Origin: Malacoraja senta
Taxonomy: Eukaryota
Reading direction: 5' to 3'
DNA length: 64,000 nucleotides
Assembly: GCA_038087875.1 (NCBI GenBank)
Contig: CM075997.1
Coordinates: 806,001 to 870,000, forward strand
Shown here in pieces: positions 51,930 through 64,000 of this stretch. The position numbers and the translations under genes are program-made. The notes under the pieces are model-generated. The model was given only the letters and a program-made list of their open reading frames with translations, was not told the origin of the DNA and searched no databases. Numbering within the stretch: the stretch's first letter is position 1; each line of letters starts with the position of its first letter.

Positions 51930-52775
51930 TCGGACGACACAAGTGATTGGGCTGATCACCAACGGTGATGAAACAAAATACAGAGCGGAGGTGCAGAACC
52001 TGGCGGACTGGTGCGCTCATAACAACTTGTCACTAAACACCTCCAAGACCAAGGAGCTGATTAGTGACTTCAGCAGGTCCCATAATGGAGAATACGCCCC
52101 AATCTCCATTTACGGGGAAAGTGTGGAGTGTCCAGCTTTAAGTTTCTGGGCACTCACATTTCAGAGGACCTCACATGGTCCACCAACACCGCTGCGCTGG
52201 TCAAGAAGGCACAGCAACTACTGTTCTTCCTGAGGACATTTAAAAAAGACTGGTCTGCCCCAACAGCTGCTGACAACGTTCTGCCGCTGCACCACAGAGA
52301 GCATATTAACGTATGGCATCTCTGAGTGGTATCTCAGCTGCACGGAGGCGGAGAGGAGAGCTCTTCAGCGCGTCGTCCACAGAGCGCAGAGGATCATTGG
52401 GACAGAGCTACCAGCCTTGGAGGGCATCTACCACACACGGTGCCTCAGGAAGGCCGTCAGCATCCATAAGGACTCATCACACCCTTGTAACGGACTGTTT
52501 GAACTACTTCCCTCCGGCAGACGTTACAAGGCCTTCTGCGCCCGAACCTCCAGACTCAGAAACAGCTTTATTCCAAGAGCTACAGCGGCTCTGAACCGGC
52601 CCTGCTGAGTGCCCCCCCACCCACCCCCCCTGGACAGTCTCCCTCGGATGGTCACGTCACTCAGCTTGCTTATTTATTTATCTTACTTTTCTTGTACATC
52701 GGTGGAGCTGCATACTAAATCTCGTTGCACTGACGTGCAATGACAATAAAAGATATTATTATTATTATTATTATT
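51930..52775 (+). mobile_element. Rex1/Babar-like LINE 3' portion, frameshifted
   Basis: GLITNGDETKYRAEV..LADWC..NNLSLN.SKTKEL / FKFLGTHISEDLTWS / LPSGRRY, then AATAAA and a (TAT)n tail. Confidence 0.85.
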
Positions 52776-55700
52776 CATCCAGCAGAAAGACAATACATGA
52801 TTACAATCGAGCCATTTACAGCATACAGATGCATGATAAGGGAATAATGTTTAGTGCAAGGTGAAGTCAGCAAAGTCCGATCAAGGATAGTCCGAGGGTC
52901 ACCAGTGAGGTCAATAGTAGTTGCAGGCTTGAGTTATAGTGGGAGGTTGGGCAGGCTGGGACTTTCCTCTTTGGAGCGTTGGAGGCTGAGGGGTGACGAG
53001 GTCATGAGGAGCATGGATAAATCAAACACCTGCAGTTTCCCCCCCTGAGTGGAAGATTCTAAAACCAGTGGGTACGGGCTTAAGGTGAGAGGGGAAAGAT
53101 TCATGTGGGACATCAGGGCAACTTTCTCACACAGAGAGTAGCCCGTATCTGGCGTTGGCGGTCGGAGGAAGCTGTAGAAGTGGATGTAATAATGAATTGT
53201 ATAATTGGTAGGAAGGTTTTAGAGGTCTCTGGACCAAAATGCATGCAAATGGAACTAATATGCTAAAGTAGACACAAAATGCTGGAGTAATTCAGCTGGT
53301 GAGACAGCATCTATGGAGAGAAGGAATGGGTGACGTTTCGGGTCAAGACCCGAAACGTCACCTATTCCTTCTCTCCATAGATGCAGCCTCGGCCGCTGAG
53401 TTATTCCAGCATTTTGTGTCTATCGTCGATTTTATCCAGCATCTGCAGTTCTTTCTCACACATAATATGCTCAAGTTGTTAGCAAGGACAAGATGGGCAG
53501 AAGGGCCTGTTTTACATTCTGTACAGCTCTATGACTGCTGGAAGATGATTTTTTTTTAACAGATTTAATTCTAAAATTGCACAATGACTCGAACAACAGC
53601 AACACTATTAGATAGACACAGAGTGCTGGAGTAACTCAGTGGGACGGGTAGCATCTCTGGAGAAAAGGAATAGGTGATGTTTCGGGTCGGAACCCTTCTT
53701 CAGACCCTGATTCTGAATTTCAGGATTCTGAAATCCTGGTTTTGGGTTCCGTCACAAAACGTCACTAATCCACGTTCTCCAGAGATGCTGCCTGACCCGC
53801 TGAGTTACTCCAGCACTCTGTGTCTATCTTCGGTATAATCCAGCATCTGCAGTTCCTTCCCACACAGCAATACTATTTATTAACTCAGTTCAGCCAAGGT
53901 TCTTTATCTTTTTCCTTGGAGGAGATGGATTAACAGTCCAATTGGGAGAGGTGTACGATTTCACTGACTAAAATAGTAAAGCCTCGGGCCGTGGCGAGGA
54001 GCAGCTGAAACACCACAGCTGTAGAACGAGTCAGCAGAGTTCGCAAGAAAAGCTCAGCAAGTTCCTAGTATCCTCCTTTGTTTGCATTTAAACACTGACC
54101 AGGTTGATCCAAACAAATCAATGCCTCAAAAATGTGGAGGAAGGGGAACCACGGGCGTCACGGTGGCGCAGCGGGTAGTGCTGCTGCCTCACAGCGCCAG
54201 AGACCCGGGTTCCATCCCGACTACGGGTGCTGTCTGGACGGAGTTTGTACGTTCTCCCGTGGGTTTTCTCCAAGATCTTCAGTTACCTGCCACACTCCAA
54301 AGACGTACAGGTTTGTAGGTTAATTGGCCTGGTATAGAAGGAAAACATTGTCCCCAATGTGTGTCGGATAGTGTTAGTGTGCGGGGATCGCTGGTCGGCG
54401 TGGACTTGATAGGCCGAAGGGCCGGTCCCGTGCTGTATCTCTAAACTTTGTCTGCTAATCTCTAAACTAAACCAGACCAGACCAGACCATAACAAGGGGA
54501 GGGATCAGAACTAAAATCAAAATCTGATCCGTTCTCTTTTCCACCCCAGCACAGGAAAGTCCCAGATGATGAATGGTGTCATTAGTTTGATTTCGTCTCG
54601 TTACAAAATGTACCTCGACTATATAAAGCGCAGAAGTGCTGGAGGAACTCGTGTAGGAAGGAACTCAGCTGCTGATTGACACCGAAGACAGACCTGGAGT
54701 AACTCAGCGGGGCAGGCAGCATCTCTGGAGAGAAGGAATGGGTGACGTTTCGGGTCCCGAAACGTCACCCATTCCTTCTCTCCAGAGACGCTGCCTGTCC
54801 CGCTGAGTTACTCCAGCATTTTGTGTCCACTGCTTTTAAGTTTAGTTTAGTTTAGAGATACAGCGCGGAAACAGGCCCTTCGGCCCACCGGGTCCGCGTC
54901 GACCAGCGATCCCCGCACGTTAACACTATCCTACACCCACTAGGGACAATTTTTACATTTACTAAGCCAAGTAACCTACAAACCTGTACGTCTTTTGGAG
55001 TGCGGGAGGAAACCTAAGATCTGGGCGAAAACCCACGCAGGTCACGGGGAGAACGCACAGACAAAACCCGTAGTCGGGATCGAACCCGGGTCTCCGGTGC
55101 TGCATTTGGTGTAAGGCAGCAACTCTACCGCTGCGCCACCGTGACCGCCCGGTGGAGTCACAGTGATGACATCGGGCGAGCCTCGTGCGGAAATAAGACC
55201 CTATCACGATCGATGTTTAATTCAAGGACATGGGCCGGTCGCTTTGAACATGGTGTGCGTAGCACAGAAGGCGGCTCTTGCTGGAGAGTGGCGGAGAAAA
55301 TAAAACAACAGGCTACACGGGAGGCCACTGGTAACTCAGAAATAAAGCAAAACTCGGTTAAAAGTGCAGCAACGAAAAACTAATGCCAGATGTGAATTAG
55401 AGCGCTGTAATCTGATCCTGTGGTTCAGAGAGTTTCACTAATAATTGAGATAGTGGGGAGCAGCAAGATTAGGCTGTGGCGATACCCAGATAATCAAACA
55501 TTCACCGCGGAACGTGCTCTGGGCCAATCTCCGTCATGGCAATTACACCATTTCTCTTCCGTATCACAAGCTTTTTACACTGCTGCCAAGATCCTTGAGT
55601 TTCAAGGATGCGTCGTCTCCCGACGGCTGCACCAGCCGGGAATGAAAGGGACGGTAGGGTGCGGGTCACAATGCTACAGCGTGTGGCACTGCCTCAGAGA

Positions 55701-56029
55701 GACTGCCCAGCCCAGCCGCCTCGCTCCCTAAAGGGCCTGTCCCACTTATGCAATTTTTTTTCAGCGACTTGCTGGCACCCATCATAGTCGCAGCATGTTG
55801 AAAAGCAAGCGGCGACCAGAAAAAGATACGACTCTTTGGGCGACTACTCGCGACCATATAGGCGTCACGTGCCCAATCCATTAATAATCTTATATGTTTC
55901 AATAAGATCCCCTCTCTTCCTTCTAAATTCCAGTGTATACAAGCCCATTCGCTCCATTCTTTTAACGTATGACAGTCCCGCCACCCCGGGAATTAACCTG
56001 GTGAACCTATGCGCAGAGTTGCACCTTAC

Positions 56030-56483
56030 CTGGGATGTGGACTGTCGTTGCTGATGTTCAGCCCATAGCTGGTGCTGTGAGCAGGAGTGTGGGCCTTCTT
56101 CCTGTGGCCTTTGCTCTGGCCGTTGATGTTGAGGGCTGGTGAGGAGTCCCTCCTCTTCTCCGTGGGAGGTGGCGTGCAGTCCATCATGCGGCCAGTGCAC
56201 TCCTGCAGCTCGCTGTAGGTGGCCGACGTCTGCATGGGTTTCTGGGCTTTGTCCGCCAGGGTGCAGCCCTGGCGGGCTTGGCGGCCGCCGTGCCGGCAGC
56301 AAAGGGGCTGGGGGCGTAGAGGGTGGTGTCGATGCCGCTGTCGCTGGACGCTCCCTTCACCGACGCCTCCAGCTCAACCTCCATGTGCTCCACGTTGTCG
56401 GACCACCGCTCGTCACTGTGGCTGCTGGAGGCGTTGCTGGACAGTGTGTTGCTGCTCGACTGGCTGGAGTAATGCGCGTCGCC
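56030..56483 (-). CDS. SIPA1L3: SIPA1L3 exon, Ser-rich region with DSGIDT motif, with apparent 1-nt deletion
   Basis: ttcgcag|GGC ... AG|gtaagg. [27 protein letters not shown]...[11 protein letters not shown] is in one frame and [19 protein letters not shown]...SPHP(R) in another. 454 nt observed, 455 needed for phase. Confidence 0.92.
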
Positions 56484-57530
56484 CTGCGAAGCAACCGGCA
56501 CCAGATTAGAATTCGAGCCTCAGGCAGACTGACGGGCGACTGCTGCAGCCCCCCAGAGAAAGGGCCGGGTCTTGCAGCTCCCAGCACGGCAGCTGCGACT
56601 TCACGCCTGTTAAAGGGAGCGGCTGGAACTCCCGGTCACTCCCCACCTCACTGACCCCCCCACCTTCAAACCTGCCCCATACCCATCAATCCCCATTCCC
56701 CACACACTCACTCCCCATGCCCACCCTGTCCTTCCATCACTCCCCCCCCATACCCCACACTTAAGATTATTAAGGGCTTGGACGCGCTAGAGGCAGGAAA
56801 CATGTTCCCGATGTTGGGGGAGTCCAGAACCAGGGGCCACAGTTTAAGAATAAGGGGTAAGCCATTTAGAAAGGAGACGAGGAAACACTTTTTCTCACAG
56901 AGAGTGGTGAGTCTGTGGAATTCTCTGCCTCACAGGGCGGTGGAGGCCCGTTCTCTGGATTCTTTCAAGAGAGAGTTAGATAGGGCTCTTGAACATAGCG
57001 GAGTCAGGGGATATGGGAGAAGGCAGGAACGGGGTACTGATTGGGGATGATCAGCCATGATCACATTGAATGGCGGTGCTGGCTCGAAGGGCCAAATGGC
57101 CTACTCCTGCACCTATTGTCTATTGTCTACCCCTGCCCCTTCTCCCCCATCCCTCCCTCACCTCCTCCCTGCCTACCCCATCCCTCCCTCACCCCCCCCC
57201 ACCAATGCCCCTCCCTCACCCCTCCTCATCCCCCATCCCCTTACCCTCCTCCCCTTCAGCCCCCCAACCTCTCCACCCCACCCCACCCCCCGCCATGTTC
57301 ACGTTGAGTGCTAAACCCCTGTCCCTCCTCTCGATTTTGTGTCTACCTGCAAAGAGATTTTTTTAATGTGCTGGACAAAGGCAATTTTTCTTTTAAGCAA
57401 TGCCAAACCATTCCTTATCTGACAAGATGTGTAAGAAGGAACTGCAGATGCTGGTTTAAACCGAAGATAGACACAAAAAGATGGAGCAACTCAGCGGGAC
57501 AGGCAGCATCTCTGGAGAGAAGGAAAAGGT

Positions 57531-57558
57531 GACGTTTCGGGTCGAGACCCTTCTTCAG
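57531..57558 (-). ncRNA. Minimal hammerhead ribozyme motif, sense to SIPA1L3 pre-mRNA
   Basis: Minus strand reads CTGAAGA-A-GGGTCTCGACCC-GAAAC-GTC. Confidence 0.6.
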
Positions 57559-57597
57559 ACAAGACACAGGCAGTAAAACCACAGAAAGGAGACTTAC

Positions 57598-57716
57598 TTT
57601 GGCATTCCTGTTCGGGGAATCCTTGCCTGTTAGCTCTTGTCTAGGGAGCCGTTTAAAGATATTATTTCCGGAGTTTGAGTAAACTTTGGACACGGCTGGT
57701 ACATGCCATAAAGGCT
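57598..57716 (-). CDS. SIPA1L3: SIPA1L3 exon
   Basis: tttcag|AG ... AAA|gtaagt, 119 nt. (E)PLWHVPAVSKVYSNSGNNIFKRLPRQELTGKDSPNRNAK. Confidence 0.92.
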
Positions 57717-59573
57717 CTGAAATGGAAGAATTGCAGATTTTTTAATTTTTTAAATGATTAATTTTTAAATAATAAATACAATTTGTCAATCATGGCTGAT
57801 CTATATCTCCCTCCTAACCCCATTCTCCCGCCTTCTCCCCATAATAGATATAAATAGCATGCTAGATTAAAAAAAGCATGCAAGACTGTAGCTCACTTCC
57901 AACACTAGAAAGCATGGGACTCTTGCACTTCCGAAAGGGCAGTTCCCTAATTTGAGGAAGGACATTCTTGCTATTGAGGAAGTGCAGAGTAGGTTTACAA
58001 GCTTAATGCCCGGATGGCGGGAGTGTCATATGCTGAGAGAATGGAGCAGCTGGGCTTGTGCACTCTGGAGTTTAGAAGGATGAGAGGTGATCTCATTGAA
58101 AGATATAAGATTGTTAAGGGTTTGGACACGCTAGAGGCAGGAAACATGTTCCTGATGTTGGGGGAGTCCAGAACCAGGGGCCACAGTTTAAGAATAAGGA
58201 GTAAGACATTTAGAACGGAGACGAGGAAACACTTTTTCTCACAGAGAGTGGTGAGTCTGTGGAATTCTCTGCCTCAGAGGGCGGTGGAGGCAGGTTGCTT
58301 TCAAGAGAGAGCTAGATAGGGCTCTCAAAAATAGCGGAGTCAGGGGATATGGGAAGAAGGCAGGAACAGGGTACTGATTGGGGATGATCAGCCATGATCA
58401 CATTGAATGGCGGTGCTGGCTCGAAGGGCCAAATGGCCTACACCTGCACCTATTGTCTATTGTCTAAAACAGGAACAAATGTGGATATACAAAGGAACTG
58501 CAGATGCTGGAATCCTGAGACAAAACACCAAGTGCTGGAGGAACTCAGTGAGTCAAGCAGTGTCTGCAGAAGGAATGGACAGGCGATGGAAGGGGAGGTT
58601 ATGACCCAAAACTTTGCCAGTCCATTCCATCCAGCTGCGAGACACAGAAGCGGTGTATCTATTAAGCAGCCACTTAGTTGGCCCCATAGCAGAAGCGTCC
58701 ACATCGCGGGGACTGGAAACTGGAAGTATCCCGAGCTAATTCTGCTACCACCATCATCTACTGCAACAAGTGATGGCTCCCACTGATCGTTGCCGGAAGC
58801 TTGCGTCCTTTTCAGGACGGACGATGACAGCGAGGCGAACATTTGAAACATGGAAGATGGACTTACGAAAGAAGAAGCCACATAGTTTAGTTTCATTTAG
58901 ATACAGCATGGTGCAGTCCCTTTGGTTCCACAGAGTCCAGACTGGCCATCCATCGTCCATTAACACTAGTTCAATATTATACCACCTTCGTATCCGCTCC
59001 CTAGAATACTAGGGGCAATTTACAGAGGAGAGCGTGCAGGATAGAAGGAGTGTACGGGGTGATCGCTGGGTCAGGGATCTGAGGGCAATTGCGCCGGCCT
59101 GTTCTGATAGACGAGGGCAGAGCAACATTAGAAGGATGAGAGGGAATCTTATTGAAACATATAAGATTGTTAAGGGTTTGGACATGCTAGAGGCAGGAAA
59201 CATGTTCCCGATGTTGGGGGAGTCCAGAACCAGGGGTCACAGTTTAAGAATAAGGAGTAAGCCATTTAGAACGGAGACGAGGAAACACTTTTTCACACAG
59301 AGAGTTGTGAGTGTGTGGAATTCTCTGCCTCAGAGGGCAGTGGAGGCCGGTTCTCTGGATACTATCAAGAGAGAGCTTAAAAATAGCAGAGTCAGGGGAT
59401 ATGGGGAGAAGGCAGGAACGGGATACTGATTGGGGATGATCAGCCATGATCACATTGAATGGCAGTGCTGGCTCGAAGGTCTGAATGGCCTACTCCTGCA
59501 CCTATTGCCTATTGACTTATGAACATGCATCCTTGCCAGAATACTGAACCTAGCCAGTCGCAGGAACCTTTAC

Positions 59574-59701
59574 CGTTCTTATTCCTTTCCATTGTGCTGT
59601 CCTGGCTTGTTAGACCTCCAGATGAAGACTTGCCGCTCGACATGGTATCCTCTCTGCTGTGATGCTCGTACAGGGGAAGCGCATGTTGACCCCCTCCGTG
59701 C
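59574..59701 (-). CDS. SIPA1L3: SIPA1L3 exon with tandem CAGCAG acceptor
   Basis: ctccagcag|G ... G|gtaaag, 128 nt. HGGGQHALPLYEHHSREDTMSSGKSSSGGLTSQDSTMERNKN. Confidence 0.9.
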
Positions 59702-59814
59702 CTGCTGGAGTAACAAACAAACAAACTTAGTCCCGTCGGCAGCTCCTAGCATTGGAATAACTCATTAATCCAGCTTTTATTTTATCCCCTTTTAATTGGG
59801 GTCATTAGTTGTTA

Positions 59815-60231
59815 CAGGTCCACCACCGATTTTCCGGTACCCTTGGTTCTGGTTCCAGAGCCTTTCTGGATTATCCGTGTCCAAACAGAGGTCACGGCCT
59901 CAGAGAGGAGTCCAACAGTACCGGAACATTCCACCTAGGGGCCGAGATACCGGCCCGCAAAATCGGCCTCAGAGGTCGGCAATGGGAATGGATCTGCCGG
60001 TTCTGGCCGAGCCTGAGTTCCAGAGCCCCGGCCACAGGGGGGGTGGGGTCAATTTGACCAGCCGATCGACGCAGAAGTCCCAATGAGGTCTAGATTGGCC
60101 ACCTCACCCGGGCCTAGGTGCCACATGTTCGAGGGAACTTCCGGGGGGGATTTCAAGTGCGCTCTCGTAATTTTGTCCGGATTAAAGGAGGTGCTGGACC
60201 ACAAGTTGCTGGAAAAGCGGTGGTGGATCTC
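59815..60231. mobile_element. Tc1/mariner-type MITE
   Basis: TA-flanked imperfect terminal inverted repeats CAGGTCCACCACCGATTTTCC ... GGAAAAGCGGTGGTGGATCTC. Confidence 0.55.
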
Positions 60232-61747
60232 TACCGCAATTGGCGGCACAGTGGCGCAGCTGTTGCCTCACAGCGCCAGAGACCCGGGATCGATCCTGAC
60301 CTCGGATGCTGTCCGTGCACTGTGGCAGTCTGCAGCGGCTAAAATAATTTCTCAAGGGTATCCAAGGACGAGCGACCGTTGCCAATTATGGCTACATCCC
60401 ATGAATAATTAACTTGACTACTATCGCAAAAATAATTATAAAATGCATCCAAAATTTCAAAAGGCCCAGTTGTTCGGTTTGAACCTAATGGGACATCATT
60501 TACTGCAAAAAAAGACACAAGTGCTGCCCTGCTTAGAAGGATCTCGACCTGAAATGTCACCCATCACAGACACAAAATGCTGGTGTAACTCACCATCTCT
60601 GGAGAGAAGGAATGGGTGACAATTTTGGGTCGAGACCCTTCTTCAGACCTGACCTGAAACGTCACCCATTCCTACTCTCCAGAGATGTTGCCTGTCCCGC
60701 TGAGTTACTCCAGCATTTTGTGTCCATCTTCGGTTTAAACCAGCATCTGCAGTTCCTTCCTACACATGTCACCCTTCATGTCTGAAGAAGGATCTCAACC
60801 CGAAACCTCACCCATTCCTTCTCTCCAGAGATGATGCCTGTCCCGCTGAGTTACTCCAGCATTGTGTGTCTAACTTCATGTTTTCCCCGAGATGCTGCCT
60901 GAGCTGCTGAGTTACTCCAGCACTTGGTGTCTTTTTTGTAAACCGGCATTTGCGGTTCCTTGTGTCATCATTTACTGTAGTTGGTTTAAGCGTCTGAGTG
61001 CAAATATAGCCGGGGGAATTGGGTCAGCCTTTTGGGGTGGAAGGAATGTGAAAGGTGAAAGCGCAGGATAATAATAATAATAATAATAATAATAATAGAT
61101 TTTATTTATGGGCGCCTATACAAAAGTCTCAAGGACACCTTACAAAATTTAACAAAGAAACATATAATCAGAGTAAAATAAGTTATAAAGACATCACCAA
61201 TACACAAATTAAAGACAGAAATTCGATCCAAAAAAGACAACAAAAAATTTCAGAAACACAATGTGAAGGGAGAGCAGCGGCAGCCAAACCGCGCCAGCGT
61301 CCACTCTCCCTTCCGACCGCCATCTTGGACAAAGACTAACATAGACACTACACACTACACACAAAGCAGACCGAAATATTGGAATCTCTCTGGCGCTAGA
61401 ATGCTGCTCTGTATAATGTTTTCAGAGGATACTCCCCACGTCTGTCCGAATCAATTAGTACAAGCAGCATTACCACTGCTCAGCAACAGAACTGGAAGCA
61501 ATTAATATAAAAGCTAAATACCACGGCTGATGGAAACATCAAACAAAAATAGGAAATGCTGGCACTACCCAGCAGGAGAGGGAGAGAAAAAAACAGGATT
61601 CATATTTCAAATCATTGACCAGTCATCCATCTGAAATGTTAAATGTTTTTCTCTTCATTGCTGTTGCCAATCTCCTCTGCCTGCACGTGATCTATATCCC
61701 CCCCCCCCCCCCCCCCCCTTCCCTTCATACCCATTCGACTTTTTAAA

Positions 61748-62022
61748 AGGTAGACCAAATTGCTGGGGAAACTCAGCGGGTGCGGCAGCATCTATGGAGC
61801 GAAGGAAAGAGGCGACGTTTCGGACCGAAACCCTTCTTCAGACTGATCTCACAGGAGAGGCACATCTCCTTTAAACTTTGCTCCTGTCCGATCAGTCTGA
61901 AGAAGGGTTTCGGCCCGAAACGTTGCCTCTTTCCTTCGCTCCATAGATGCTGCTGCACCCGCTGAGTTTCCCCAGCAATTTGGTCTACATTCGATTCTCC
62001 AGCATCTGCAGTTCCTTCTTGA
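61748..62022. mobile_element. Penelope-like terminus inverted pair with about 45-bp spacer
   Basis: Near-perfect arms of about 95 bp, each with a hammerhead core (61814-61841 on -, 61897-61924 on +). Confidence 0.75.
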
Positions 62023-63229
62023 ACGCCTTTTTAAAAGCCTCTTAAACGCCACTATCGGATCTATCTCCACCAACATCGGTCCCCACCACCCTCTGATATA
62101 AAATAAAAACAACTTGCCCCCGCACTTCTCCTTTAAAATTTGCTCCTCTCTTCTTAAAGCTTTGCCCTCTCGTCTTTGTCATTTCCACCCTGGGGAAAAG
62201 GTACTGATTGTCTTCTCGGTCTACTACACCTCTCATAAATTTACTAAACTCCGATCAGGTCCCCACTCGGCCTCCAGGAGAAAACAATGCAAGCCTCTCC
62301 TTGAAGCTAATATCCTCTAATCCAAGCAGCGTGTATGAGGAAGGGTCTCGACCCGAAACGTCACTTATTCCTTTTCTCCAGAGTTGCTTCCTGACTGAAC
62401 TACCAATACCACTGCCGACCTTCCCCACTTCCCCACCCGGCTCCATCCCAATTACACTCCCGTCTCCCTGGCCCCACATTAGGTAACTGTCTGGTTCCAG
62501 ATATCTCACAGCAGTGTTAAAGAAGGAACTGCAGATGCTGGAAAATCGAAGGTACACAAAAATGCTGGAGAAACTCAGCGGGTGCAGCAGCATCTATGGA
62601 GCGAAGGATATAGGCAATGTTTCGGGCCGAAACCCTTCTTCAGACTATCTCACAGCAGCCCTGAACTACTATCTACCTCATTGGTGACCCTCGGACTATC
62701 CTTGATGGGACTTTGCTGGCTTTACCTTACTCTAAACGGCATTCCCTTACCATGTATATCCTCTCTGGTTACCCACAATGTCCTCGGATATATTTCATCA
62801 GGCCCAGGAGATTTGTCTATTTTCATACACGATAGTATCTTCGGCACCTCTTCGACCGTGACACCCATCATGTATTGTCTTTCCGCTGACTGGATAGCAT
62901 GCGACACAAGCTTTTCACTGTACCTCGGTACAGGTGACAATAAACTCAACTCCAACTGTAGCAATGCCACTCTGCCCCCCGGTACATTAACCCAGCAGTA
63001 ACAATCCTCTCACACAGGAAAGTGTGAGATATCTACCTCGTCATTTCCCCCCCACAAACCTCGGTAGGAAGCAACACTCCCAACGCTCTGCATGACTGGT
63101 CCTTAATGTGGAGATACTGGATGTTCCTGTCTAGGGGCGGTACAGTGGTGCTGCCTCACAGCACCAGAGAGACCAGCTTTGATCCTGACCTCGGGTGCTG
63201 CCAACAGTGATATTGGGGGATGTTCTCAC

Positions 63230-63321
63230 GTTCCGACGTCGGAAGGCCCAAAGTTCATCATCCCCGGCGAGAGGGCCCTGAACATCGGACCGCCCGTAGC
63301 GGTGACTGCGGGGGGCTTCGG
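63230..63321 (-). CDS. SIPA1L3: Probable SIPA1L3 exon truncated by the N gap
   Basis: GC-rich open frame PKPPAVTATGGPMFRALSPGMMNFGPSDVG ending AC|gtgaga. The phase-2 donor matches the next exon; the acceptor is lost in the gap. Confidence 0.6.
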
Positions 63322-63521
63322 NNNNNNNNNNNNNNNNNNNNNNNNNNNNNNNNNNNNNNNNNNNNNNNNNNNNNNNNNNNNNNNNNNNNNNNNNNNNNNN
63401 NNNNNNNNNNNNNNNNNNNNNNNNNNNNNNNNNNNNNNNNNNNNNNNNNNNNNNNNNNNNNNNNNNNNNNNNNNNNNNNNNNNNNNNNNNNNNNNNNNNN
63501 NNNNNNNNNNNNNNNNNNNNN
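63322..63521. other. Assembly gap (200 N)
   Basis: Run of N. Confidence 0.99.
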
Positions 63522-63854
63522 ACCTGCACCTATTGTCTATCGTCTACACGACAACATATACATTTTCCTCAAACCATTCTTGTATTGAGAACTCCCTTTT
63601 GGTGTTGCACATCCCCTCTAACGCATTACTGTCAAACATCCCACTTGTAATGAAGCATTTAATTTATGGTGATATATTTGAGATCCACGAACAGGTTATA
63701 TATATTCTTACAACTGAATTTCTTTCCCAAAAGTCTCTGTCACAAGAATTATCCAGAATTATTGCATGAAAATCACAACACAAAAACTGTGTTAAAAATG
63801 TTCTCAAACTAAACCACCGTGCAATGTTAATTCATTAAAACGATTGTCCCGCAC

Positions 63855-63985
63855 CTCACTGGTCCTGAAGATGATTCGGTAGACGTACTGAGGTGCTTGC
63901 TCTTTGCTGTCCTCCAGTTTCTCCCTCTTGATGCTGACAGCCACCGGGCCCAGCTTTTCATCCACTCCAAAGTAATTCCAGTGCT
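63855..63985 (-). CDS. SIPA1L3: SIPA1L3 exon N-terminal to the RapGAP catalytic domain
   Basis: ttcacag|AG ... GAG|gtgcgg, 131 nt. (E)[43 protein letters not shown]. Confidence 0.95.
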
Positions 63986-64000
63986 CTGTGAATACACGGT

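Noticed and set aside
9876..56483. Pseudogene status for DPF1 and SIPA1L3
   Set aside because: All defects are single-base losses in C/G runs, while splice sites and conserved motifs are intact; assembly error is more parsimonious, pending read checks.

Overview
Repeat-dense vertebrate genomic DNA. The repeat families (HE1-like tRNA/V-SINEs, CR1 tails, Penelope-like termini) suggest a cartilaginous fish such as a skate or ray; this is inferred. Two genes converge tail-to-tail. On the + strand are the last three coding exons of DPF1 (BAF45B, double PHD finger; 8204-11529). On the - strand are eleven coding exons or exon fragments of SIPA1L3 (Rap-GAP; 33031-63985). The same arrangement occurs at human 19q13. 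Exons were defined by AG/GT boundaries, phase continuity and recalled human protein motifs. Three exons each lack one base in a C/G run, most likely long-read assembly errors. There are two 200-N gaps, and the second must hide the SIPA1L3 RapGAP/PDZ exons. Most six-frame ORFs are artefacts of repeats. Notable observations: many minimal hammerhead-ribozyme motifs in Penelope-like termini, often in fold-back pairs; a 17-bp minisatellite of Smad-binding palindromes downstream of DPF1; orphan phase-1 exon candidates and an RFX X-box/CRE-like pair upstream of the DPF1 PHD exons. I found no convincing novel protein system.
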